From Macrostomum lignano (Eukaryota), in assembly GCA_002269645.1 (NCBI GenBank), contig NIVC01000536.1:62001-126000 (forward strand): 64,000 bases of DNA, in the 5' to 3' direction. Below, in pieces: positions 1-23,036 of this stretch (positions are counted from its first letter, which is position 1; each line of letters begins with the position of its first letter). Made by a program: the position numbers and the translations under genes. Under the pieces are notes generated by a model that was not told the DNA's origin, did no database searches, and saw nothing but the letters and a program-made list of their open reading frames with translations.

Positions 1-481
1 TCAGGCATAAACTTATTAGTCTGATGCGCTCTCTGGGCACTCTGGCTATAATGCTTCAAATCCTCAGATCAAACAAGAATCCCACTTCAAAACCAGGCGG
101 GGAGGCTCAATAGTGGAGGTTTTAATTGTTTGCTCAAATCATTTCGCTACGGGAGGGTCAGGCGGGGCAGAGCGGAGATCTGCTTTTGACACCTTTCGTT
201 CACCTCTCTCAGCGTGAGGGCACTGGCGCCAAGTAGGAGGTGAGAAGGTGAGGGCTCGGGAGAGAGTGATTAGTAGATCTCAGCCTCCATCAAATCACGA
301 GCTGCCTCTTACAGCCTCCTTGGAAAATTGACGCGCGCTCTCAAGAACACTCTCCACCCCGGGTGAGCAAATTTTTACTGAAAACGAATATTTAAAGCCA
401 AGACTTCCGACAGCTCAGCTCTGCTTCTGTCTGTGAGACTCAAAAGCGCTCGGCTGTTTGTAACGGATTTTCTTCATCAAG

Positions 482-1424
482 ATGTCGGACGCTGAGGAAC
501 AGGTGCTGCTTGCTGGGCTTGTCGAGGGATCAGCATCTGCTCTGGGAGACTGCAGCGGCGGCGGCAGCGGCTGCTTCATAATGGCGGGATTCAACTCAAG
601 CAGCTCCACTGTGGATGGTGAGTCCCGTGAAACTGGTGTGGTCACTCTCATCCCATCCCGGTTCTCTTGTTCCGTCACTCTCACCCGTCACTCTTACTCG
701 TCACTCTCACCTGTCACTTTCACCCGTCACCCTCGCTCGTCACTCTCACCCGTCACTCTCACCCGTCACTCTCACTCGTCACTCTCACTCCGTCACTCTC
801 ACTCCGTCACTCTCACTCCGTCACTTTCACTCGTCACTCTCATCCGTCACTCTCACTCGTCACTCCCACCCGTCACTCCCACCCATCACTCTCACTCGTC
901 ACTCCCACCCGTAACTCCCACCCGTCACTCTCACCCGTCACTCTCACCCGTCACTCTCACTCGTCACTCCCACCCGTCACTCCCACCCGTCACTCTCACC
1001 CGTCACTCCCACCCGTCACTCTCACTCGTCACACGCCCCCACAGAGTCGAACCCGCTGGAGGAGGTGCCCAAAGAGCGGGCCAGTTTCCGCGAGCGCAAG
1101 CGAATGTTTAGCATCAACTCGGCATTCGAGGAGCTGCGCAGCCACATCCCGACATTTCCGTACGAGAGGCGACTGTCGAAAATCGACACCCTCCGACTGG
1201 CCATCGGCTACATCGCCTTCCTCCGCGATGTGCTGGACTCTGAGTTCTCTAGCCCAGACGAATTCATCCGACACGCCCTTGCACCCAGCCAGCAGTGCCG
1301 CAACTACAGGCAGGCGGAGTGGTTCACCAGCGACCTGCTGGCCCGGCTGGGCTGGCTGCGCTGCCGCAACCTCGGCTGCTGCCCCGACTTTGCCGATATC
1401 GCCACCCTGACTAAGATTGCCTAG
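482..1424 (+). CDS. Fer2: bHLH transcription factor, PTF1/Fer ('48-related') family, Fer2-like; join(482..617,1045..1424)
   Basis: Exon 2 encodes [49 protein letters not shown] plus a C-terminal [12 protein letters not shown] motif that I recall from Fer2-type proteins. Donor G|gtgagt at 617/618 and acceptor ccccacag|AG at 1044/1045 are both phase 1 and join in frame with the 1065..1424 ORF. Subfamily call is from recalled motifs, not a search. Confidence 0.8.
640..1030. repeat. 13-bp minisatellite (cactctcacccgt) filling the bHLH intron
   Basis: Direct inspection. Confidence 0.9.
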
Positions 1425-1439
1425 TTGGTGTGCTGCCGC

Positions 1440-1770
1440 TGGTGTTTGGGAGTGGGGTGGGTGTTGGGAGTTAGGAGGGTGTTGGGTTGGGAGTGAGGTG
1501 GGTGTTGGGAGTGAGGTTGGTGTTGGGAGTGAGGAGGGTGTTGGGTTGGGAGTGAGGTGGGTGTTGGGAGTGAGGTGGGTGATGTGAGTGATGTGAGTGA
1601 GGTGGGTGTTAGGAGTGAGGTGGGTGTTGGGAGTGAGGAGGGTGTTGGGTTGGGAGTGAGGTGGGTGTTGGGAGTGAGGTGGGTGATGTGAGTGATGTGA
1701 GTGAGGTGGGTGTTGGGAGTGAGGTGGGTGTTGGGAGTGAGGTGGGCGTTGGAAATGGGGTGGGTGTTGT
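1440..1770. repeat. 18-bp minisatellite (gtgggtgttgggagtgag)
   Basis: Direct inspection; same unit as 2935..3810. Confidence 0.85.
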
Positions 1771-2084
1771 GCTATCAGTGCTAGTTAGCCTCTAAAATTA
1801 GTAAAGTTTTATCGCGGTAAAACTCAACCTGCTGGCCCATGGAATTGTTAATTTTATAAAAATACAATCTTGATCGTTATTAAAACTTAAAATTTACTTA
1901 CCAGTACTTTCGATGTGTTAACTTTAACTTTCTTCTTGTTTCGATTTATTTGCTTAAACTATACTAGCTTTTACAGACTGGCATTGATCGCTGAGGTTTA
2001 ATCAGTTGATCAGTTTATCAATGACTTTATTGTCCTTCTCCAATGTAAAATTTCAGCCCCCCACCTTGATTCCCTTCAGCCTTT

Positions 2085-2250
2085 CAGATACTCTGCAGGA
2101 TTCCCTTCAGGTACCCTCAATAATTCCCTTCAGGTACCCTCAATAATTCCCTTCAGGTACCTTCAATAATTCCCTTCAGGTACCCTCAATAATTCCCTTC
2201 AGGTACCCTAAATAATTCCCTTCAGGTACCCTCCAGAATTCTCTTCAGAT
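2085..2250. repeat. 23-bp minisatellite (ttcccttcaggtaccctcaataa)
   Basis: Direct inspection. Confidence 0.85.
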
Positions 2251-2346
2251 CCATTGATCTATTTCAGCTGCCTTCTGATCAATTTAAGCTACCCTCCTCA
2301 ATAGTCAACCCAGATCCTTCAGCAAGATTCGAACCCCGGCTCTCAC

Positions 2347-15598
<13,252 letters not shown>

Positions 15599-16807
15599 GA
15601 CACACTTCCGCCGTAGTAAAACGTTGCGTTGGCTTCTCCAAACAAAGGACGGGCTTGGTTTGTTGCTGTTTAGGATTTAGAGATAGCTATGGGAGAGCGG
15701 AGCGGCGAGAGCCGAGTGTATGGGGAGAAGGCGGCGGATGGGACGGGAGGCGGAGCTGCCTCCTCAGCTGTTTAAAATGCGCGCCACTGAGTAAGTAGGG
15801 GGTGGAGGCTGCTGCAGCGGTGCAGGGCGCGGATTGGATTGGAGGGGAGCTTTTTGGGAAACGCAAGGGGAGAGATAGAAGAGATGAAGAATGGCGCGAG
15901 TCTGGCATGATCAGGTCCCGCAATCCATTCTGGTCGTCACTCCTGCCTGCTTTTTGTCAGCGAATTCAGCCTCCCCCAGGTGAAAGCACTGAAATGGATG
16001 GCTGACTGCTTTTCGTCACTCATTCATAGTCACTCCACCATTTTCTCCAGCTGCCTAATTTTCCTGCTCCATCATATTTCAATGCAACTGGCGGGAGCAA
16101 TGCTGATCTAAGGCCAGACTCAGCTTTAGTTGTATTTTTAAAGGCTTTAATTTGAAAGGTAGTGCTCGAATTGAATCTGCAGAGCAATTTCTGTCACTAA
16201 CCGTACTGTTTGTGTCCCGACTGAGCGGTTGATAGTTGAAAAAGCCCATGGCACACCAAACAGCCCTGATAAGCGCTCGCTAAACCATATCTCTGAACAC
16301 GGGCAGCTTGAAGGCTCCGAGGGCCGGTCTGGCCGGGGACACCTTGGATATAAGCATCTGGACGGGAATAGTTTTAAAGCTTCAATTCGACGTATTTTCC
16401 ATTGTCAATTTGTCATTTGTGAGTCTGATTGCAGTTGATCGCCAAGTCTGCAGCAGCTTTGACTTGTGACAAATCCAGAAAATGTAAAATTCGAGCTCGT
16501 AGGCTACAGCCACTGCCTGTCTAACGCCAACCCAGATTCTAAATCTAGATCGCCCTGGCAGTGCTGTCACACACTTGAACTACTACTATCCACTATAGCA
16601 TGCAGCTCGTTCTGATTTCCGGCGATTTATTCGGTCTTATCTGTCTTAGCAGCGCTCCAAGGGCTGTAGCACTGTGGCTGGCCAGGCAAACAAGCAGTTG
16701 GCCTGCATGCCAAGTCACTCTTTCTGCGCATTACTGTTTATTAGGCTAATAGAAGCGAGAAATGCTTTACTTGACAGCAGTTTGTTTTGCTGAAAAATCA
16801 TTTAGCG

Positions 16808-16997
16808 ATGAAGCTCACAGGCAGCGTCGGGAAGCTGTACGAGCTGCGCACGTACCGGATCGCTGCTCAGGATCTGCCGAGGATGCGCAGTCTGGTCCAG
16901 GAGGTGTTCCGAGTTCGCGTCCGACACTCGCGCATCGTTGGCTAGTGGTCTGCCGAGCTGGGCTCTCTGAACCAAGTGTTTCACATCTGGGAGTACG
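16808..16997 (+). pseudogene. NIPSNAP: NIPSNAP-family exon with in-frame TAG
   Basis: Frame from ATG 16808 reads MKLTGSVGKLYELRTYRIAAQDLPRMRSLVQEVFRVRVRHSRIVG*WSAELGSLNQVFHIWEY, then donor G|gtgagg at 16997/16998. YELRTY and G[Y]W..E.G..N.V.HIWEY are NIPSNAP motifs; TAG at 16943..16945 occupies the aromatic (Tyr/Phe) position. No further NIPSNAP exon recognised in the window. Confidence 0.75.
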
Positions 16998-18076
16998 GTG
17001 AGGAGCTCTCATTTTTAGTATAGTCGACTAGCCATCTGCGCCCCCCCAAACGGGGAGGCAAAAAAGAAAGGAATAAAATATTTTGAATAAAATAAAAGTA
17101 CAGTCTGTAGTTAGTTTCTCAAGAAAAATGATGTTAAAAGCATAAAAGCATCAGCCCTGAAAGCCAGCTATCTAAGCCTATCAGATTCTCTATGATCCTT
17201 GACATCAAAGCCTCCCTTTAAGCCATGTTTTACCAATAACTCTCCCTTTTGATGCTTGACCTACCAACAACTCCCAATTGACCCTTCGCATCTCAGCAAC
17301 CCCCCCCCCCCGTGAGCCATGACAATCCCAGCAAGTTTCAAATAAACCTTGACATCTCAGTACTTTCCCCTGTGTCACAGAATTCCATCAATAACCCTCC
17401 ATGAGCCTTGATACGAGCTATCTTAGCGATTCTAAACAAACTTCGCAATGCTTGTGAAAGTTGCAAAGCTTGATATGAAAACTTTGGAAGCAGTTTTTCC
17501 AAAGTACCTGGGGTTCGATTTCGTACGCGGTCAAATAAATTTGACGTTTGAGCTCGAAAATCGGCATGGGGCTTCATTGTGGCCGCTTGATCAAAGCAAC
17601 CGCGTCTCCACAATGACCCACTGCAGGAGGGGGGTTGATTCTGTTAGGAAATTTTTGCTATAGCAAGCTGAGCACCTTCAACTAATTTTGGGTCCATTTA
17701 CTGCCTCTTTTCTTTAATGCGTTTTTGAATTTCTCATATTTCTGTTTATCGGTCTTTGATTCAAAATTCATTTTTTTTCGAAGCAGCAAAACGCAAATCC
17801 CTGCGTCGAGTTTCACTGAATGAAATCGTTTCAGATTCCCTGACGGCGAGAAAGGCTATTCGAGACGCCCTGACACTCGACCAAGATTGGAACAACAAAT
17901 TTCTTAAGCTCGCGTTGCCGGCTTTCGAAAAGCAAGACAACTGCGTTGCCAAGTCGTTGCTAGGTGACATAAAGTCCGTGTGGAACGATCAAGGTGTGTT
18001 CTGATTTGTTTATATCATTTTTTATATTTAGCCTAGTGAGGGGGTTTTAGCTAGTGAAGGGGTTGTTGCCAAGTGA

Positions 18077-18335
18077 GGGGGTTGCAGCCTAGTGGTTAGA
18101 GTGTCGGACTCACGACTTGAAGGTCAGGGGTTCGAATCTCGACCCACTAGGAACAATTTGTGTCCTTGAGCAAGACACTCAACTCTGCATTGCTTCAGTT
18201 CACCCAGCTGTAAAATGGGTGCCAACATTAGCTGGGGTAATTGAGGGTGTGTGGCGACCCCCCCCCCCCCCAGTCCTTGGACTGAACAGCCGTACGCAGC
18301 CTTCAGATGCGCTGCGCAATAACTTTTAAATTTAT
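18077..18335 (+). mobile_element. tRNA-derived CORE-type SINE
   Basis: tRNA-like head with A-box-like GCCTAGTGGTTAG (~18087) and B box GTTCGAATC (18130..18138), followed by GTGTCCTTGAGCAAGACACTCAACTC...CTTCAGTT...CTGTAAAATGGG (~18160..18219), which resembles the MIR/CORE domain (CCTTGGGCAAGTCACTTAAC...CTCAGTT...CTGTAAAATGGG). 3' boundary approximate. Confidence 0.75.
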
Positions 18336-19114
18336 ATATAAAATGCATTGTTAACCGACGAAATGCCACCCGAACTGACTGCAGATTTCTACAAAGTGCT
18401 CACAGTCAACTATCAAGGACTGGCACAGGAGGACGCTAGGAAACGATTTCTTAAATCGGTTCAACATCTGCAACAGCAGGGACCTGATGTGAAGGGCGCT
18501 TTCGAAACTGTTATTGGAAATAGCAGAGAGTGTAAGCATACGGCTGTTGCATGAGATGCTGCTATAACAATGATAACTTGCCTTCTTATCGTGCGTTATA
18601 AACTGTTCCACATTTCCCCAGTCTACGTAATGCAGAGCTCTAACGACCTGGACCAGCTGATTGGTGGCGAAGAGGCTCTGACAGGCGATCCCACCGCTGC
18701 CACCACTTCGAAGGTGCTGAATCCCCTCCAGTGGACTCGGTGGCTGAAGGACTGAAGGCCAATGGATGATGGACGGATAAATTACTATTCACTAGATGAA
18801 AAAGTATCCCCACTAGCATCTAGACATTCCTGATGCTTTCAGCATTGATGCTGTTCAGAGCTTATTAGTAGAAGAGAGAGAGTTATTATTTAGGTCGTTA
18901 CGCTTTAGCCAAATGCGCAATAAATTACGTACAGCTCAACGTAATTTTGGGTATCTTTTTCGATAAGAATGCTGACACTAGACCTGCTGACCATCCGCGT
19001 GCCAGATGTCTTCTCTGTGATTCCACACTACGAATGTGTTGTGGGCGCGGGACGGGAAGAAGGCTCCCTGGATCTCCGCTACCTTGACCCGTAGCCAGTG
19101 GTCAACGTTTCTTA

Positions 19115-19415
19115 GAGCTACAGATGTCACTGCAATGCTACAGATGTCACTGCAATGCTACAGATGTCACTGCAATGCTACAGATGTCACTGCAATGCTA
19201 CAGATGTCACTGCAATGCTACAGATGTCACTGCAATGCTACAGATGTCACTGCAATGCTACAGATTTCACTGCAATGCTACACTTGCTACAGATGTCACT
19301 GCAATGCTACAGATGTCACTGCAATGCTACAGATGTCACTGCAATGCTACAGATGTCACTGAAATGCTACACTTGCTACAGATGTCACTGAAATGCTACA
19401 CTTGCTACAGATGTG
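19115..19415. repeat. 20-bp minisatellite (gctacagatgtcactgcaat)
   Basis: Direct inspection. Confidence 0.9.
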
Positions 19416-19834
19416 ACTGCAATTCCACACAGTCAGTCGGTTGAAGCCAGTCGGAGGAAAGAGATGAAGCCTGCTTTCTAATGCTTTACTCAGACGGCGG
19501 CAACTGCAGCAGATTTCAATCAAAAACAAAAATAGAACGATAACAATTAAAATGATAAAAATTGTGTTTCCTTCATCAAAAAATTGCCGCCAAATTGGAT
19601 TAATCAAACTGATTGCGAGCAGTGCTTATGCAGTTTCAAAAAATGACTCAAGCATAAAAGCATATTTCAATTTTGTTTTTCCAAAATCGAACAGTTACAT
19701 TTTGACTGCACATTGGATTGAACATAACGATTGTTCATTTCATTTAACGAAATAATTACTTTTAAGTTTTCAGCCTCTAAATTGTCTATATTTTCGCCTT
19801 TATGATTTTCGAATATTTTTGAAGCTGGTATGCG

Positions 19835-20575
19835 TTTGGTCTGAGGTGGTATCTCAGTGTGGTACTAGGTTTGGGGTGGTATTTGGTCTGAGGTGGCATC
19901 TCAAGGTGGTATTTGGTCTGAGGTGGCATCTCAAGGTGGTATTTGGTCTGAGGTAGCATCTCAAGGTAGGATTTGGTCTGAGGTGGCATCTCAAGGTGGG
20001 ATTTGGTCTGAGGTGGCATCTCAAGTTGGTATTTGGTCTGAGGTGGCAGCTCAAAGTGGTATTTGGTCTGAGGTGGCAGCTCAAAGTGGTATTTGGTCTG
20101 AGGTGGCATCTCAAGGTGGGATTTGGTCTGAGGTGGCAGCTCAAAGTGGTATTTGGTCTGAGGTGGCATCTCAAGGTGGGATTTGGTCTGAGGTGGCATC
20201 TCAAGGTGGGATTTGGTCTGAGGTGGCAGCTCAAAGTGGTATTTGGTCTGAGGTGGCATCTCAAGGTGGGATTTGGTCTGAGGTGGCATCTCAAGGTGGG
20301 ATTTGGTCTGAGGTGGCATCTCAAGGTGGGATTTGGTCTGAGGTGGCAGCTCAAAGTGTTATTTGGTCTGAGGTGGCATCTCAAGGTGGGATTTGGTCTG
20401 AGGTGGCATCTCAAGGTGAGATTTGGTCTGAGGTGGCATCTCAAGGTGGGATTTGGTCTGAGGTGGCATCTCAAGGTGGGATTTGGTCTGAGGTGGCATC
20501 TCCAGGTGGGATTTGGTCTGAGGTGGCAGCTCAAAGTGGTATTTGGTCTGAGGTGGCAGCTCAAAGTGGTATTTG
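19835..20575. repeat. 30-bp minisatellite (atttggtctgaggtggcatctcaaggtggg)
   Basis: Direct inspection. Confidence 0.95.
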
Positions 20576-20956
20576 GATGTTCAAAAGGTGAGAAATGGTC
20601 CAAAAGGCAGCAAACTGACTATCTAGCTTTAAGACACGAAATTGAAGTTAAAATAGTGAACCTAAGTATTTCTAGTAGTCCTTCTCGCAAACATTTCGAG
20701 TATTCAGTGACGTGAAAAGAAGCCACATTGCCGCATGTAATTGCTTGTCCAACTCTCAGAATTTTAGTCATTTATTTAGAAAAATGTGGCTACTGAAAGT
20801 AGAGTACGAGCGTACTTGTCTCAATTTGGGTGATGCAATCTAAGGATATGACATACCGCATGCATAGATCAGAGAGTTGCTTTTAACAAGCTGCAAGAGC
20901 TAGAACGCCTCTTTCAGCAAGAGTCTGGCGGGAAACAGAATAACGTTGAATGGCCT

Positions 20957-22447
20957 TCATGCCTCAGACAGAGCTCGGGTGAGCTTTGCTGCCAGTCGGA
21001 CCCAGCAGGGCATGCCGCCGCCACTGCCGGGCTGAGGGCAGCCAACCGCTGCCATGCCGGCTGGCCAGACGCGCCAGGCTGCTCGCACCGGAGCCAGGAG
21101 GGCGTGCATCTGCGGCGCGGTCAGCGGGCCGCAGTCGACGTAGCAGGACGCCAGCACGCCGTCAACCAGTAGACTGCCGCTCAGGGTGAACGGTGCGTAG
21201 ATGCCTCGGTGGCTTCTGCTGCTGGCTTGTTGAACACACACAACGAGGTCTCTTCGGAGTCCACCTGGTCCCATCGTCCACAGAGAGGATTGTCCGGCAC
21301 GCAGCTGGCTGGCGGGAGCAGCGCGCGGTGCACAAGCCGCACTCTCTGCCGTCTCGGCCAGAAGCAGCAGGTGCCTGGGGCTCAGCGCGAGGCACGCGCC
21401 AGATTCTGTTCGAATCGACAGCCAGGTTGCGTCCGCCACCTCCGGGTTCCGGTGGCCCCAGGCGTAGACCGGTGAAAATGCCAGGCGGTTACCTGAGCTG
21501 CCCTTCCTGCCAAGCACCAGCTGGCCCAGCCGGAGGTCGCGCAGCTGCACTGGACCATCGGGCGTTACGACTGTGGCGTCGCCAGGGAAGCAGGTGTCAC
21601 CGTTCAAAATGGCGCTATTAGCAACATCAGTTGCAGCTCTCTTCATCGCGGCCTCTTCAATCCGCTGCAGGTCCCGCTCCAGTTCATTCCTTAGTCGAAC
21701 CAGCTCGTCCTTTCCCGCATTCGCCACAAGCCTGTTGAATTCTTCGCGACGCTGCTGCTCTTCGGATTGCAGAGCAGGCCGCAGCTGACGCAGCGCCTCC
21801 TTAGCCTCAGCAAAGTACCGGTTGGTGAAGGTCGCGCCTCTGTTCTGCTGGACCAGACTGTCCATCCTGCTAAGAAGGTGCTCTACGCTTCCATGATTGT
21901 CTACAAGGACAAAGCGATTTCCGCATTGGTTCAGAAGACTGTTTAGGAATTTGGTTGCGTTCCGGGCCTCGTGGATGAGCCTGGCGAACGCTTCTTCGCT
22001 ATTGCCGATGTCATCGCCGTGGCTGAACACCACTATGCAGTGCTTGTAGAAGTCTTCACCGAACATGCGCGTCACAAGTTCCACAGCGGCTCTGTCTTCA
22101 TCAGTGAAGCGACAGTCAACACGGATTATTATTAGAATTACGTGAAACCCCTCGCGACAATGAACTATGGCATTGGCCACCTCATGAAGCGCTCTCTCGC
22201 GGTTATTGGAATCCATTGTACCCGGTGTGTCGACCACGGTCAGCTGTCTTCCTTCCACGGACGCCTCGGCAACCTCGCAGTCGACGCTGGAACTGCAGAA
22301 CGAGTGGTTGACACCGAATGCGTCGAAGTTAGCGGCGGCGGCGCCCTCCTGGCGCCCTCCCGCTCGCAGCAGCGCATTGCCGAGACTGCTCTTGCCGCTG
22401 CCGGTTTTCCCCACGAGAAGAACGTTCAGACTTCTGCGTTCTCGGGC
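20957..22447 (-). CDS. AIG1/GIMAP-family GTPase + coiled coil + Hog domain (Hint autoprocessing + SRR-like tail); main exon
   Basis: Single open exon starting at acceptor ttttag|GCC (22447): LNVLLVGKTGSGKSS (G1), VVDTPG (G3), RVDCRFTDED (GIMAP conserved box), VVFSHGD (G4), CGNRFVLVDN; helical EEQQRREEF...ELERDLQRIEE; then CFPGDATV (Cys at 21590..21592), LRDLRLGQLVL, FSPVYAWGHR, LALSPRHLL, GIYAPFTLSGSLLVDGVLASCY, HALLAPVR. Minus-strand AATAAA at 20771..20776. Confidence 0.92.
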   Translation of the reverse strand, partial: ARERRSLNVLLVGKTGSGKSSLGNALLRAGGRQEGAAAANFDAFGVNHSFCSSSVDCEVAEASVEGRQLTVVDTPGTMDSNNRERALHEVANAIVHCREGFHVILIIIRVDCRFTDEDRAAVELVTRMFGEDFYKHCIVVFSHGDDIGNSEEAFARLIHEARNATKFLNSLLNQCGNRFVLVDNHGSVEHLLSRMDSLVQQNRGATFTNRYFAEAKEALRQLRPALQSEEQQRREEFNRLVANAGKDELVRLRNELERDLQRIEEAAMKRAATDVANSAILNGDTCFPGDATVVTPDGPVQLRDLRLGQLVLGRKGSSGNRLAFSPVYAWGHRNPEVADATWLSIRTESGACLALSPRHLLLLAETAESAACAPRAAPASQLRAGQSSLWTMGPGGLRRDLVVCVQQASSRSHRGIYAPFTLSGSLLVDGVLASCYVDCGPLTAPQMHALLAPVRAAWRVWPAGMAAVGCPQPGSGGGMPCWVRLAAKLTRALSEA

Positions 22448-22997
22448 CTAAAAGTTGATTTAAAGTTGGGTCTAAACAGTGACTCGCCCATCAATTTTCT
22501 GTCAATCGTCTCACACAGTCCTACTGCACAGTACCAAGGAGCGTCATTAAGGATAACTGAGTCTACAGGTTTTGAGACCGAGTCCGAAATTTGACTGACA
22601 AACTGACTGCTGACCCGATAAAAACGGTACCCAGGCCAAGACGTGTCCCAGAGTAGGAAGTAGGAAATAGTTTGACTCTAGACGACTCTAAAACGATGAG
22701 ATCTCACGGTACAAGTCGCCAAAAATTCGTCAAAGAGTCGGGTGTTTTATTGTTTTTGACTCTGAAACGACTCTTACGTGACGTGACGCAAGTGACTCTG
22801 AGACTGTAGAGCTGGATCTGAGGCGTGCTGAAGTCACTACGAGGTAAATAACTGAGTTGCGTCTAAAGCGCATCTGCGTCACTTATCATGAATCATGAAT
22901 TAGAATCGCAATTTACTCTGAGTTAGTAGAAAGTTAAGCGCTAACGCTAGACCTTTGGCCGACTTTCTCACGACTCATTTACGATTCTACAACGTAC

Positions 22998-23036
22998 CGA
23001 TATCCGTTCCTGGTTGCGTCCACCGACTTGAGACAT
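22998..23036 (-). CDS. Candidate first coding exon of the GIMAP-Hog gene (MSQVGGRNQERIS)
   Basis: ATG at 23036, 13 codons, phase-0 donor TCG|gtacgt at 22998/22997 matches the phase-0 acceptor at 22447. The main exon has no ATG before the P-loop, so some upstream exon is required. No homology support for this particular one. Confidence 0.35.

Noticed and set aside
18077-18150. Possible tRNA gene
   Set aside because: A and B boxes are present but I could not build a clean acceptor stem, and the sequence runs directly into a CORE-like SINE body.
19786-20715. Repetitive ORFs resembling repeat proteins (PPQTKSHLEM, EVASQGGIWS)
   Set aside because: 30-bp minisatellite open in several frames on both strands; no unique flanking coding sequence or splice support.
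20957-21592. Canonical hedgehog gene or a true intein
   Set aside because: No Hedge signalling domain or signal peptide upstream; the Hint ends in ASCY plus an SRR-like tail rather than the His-Asn/Cys splice junction of inteins.
22998-23036. MSQVGGR resembles the N-terminus I recall for a human SLC4A11 isoform
   Set aside because: It lies ~7.5 kb downstream of the SLC4A11 stop codon, so it cannot be its first exon; a 7-residue match is treated as coincidence.
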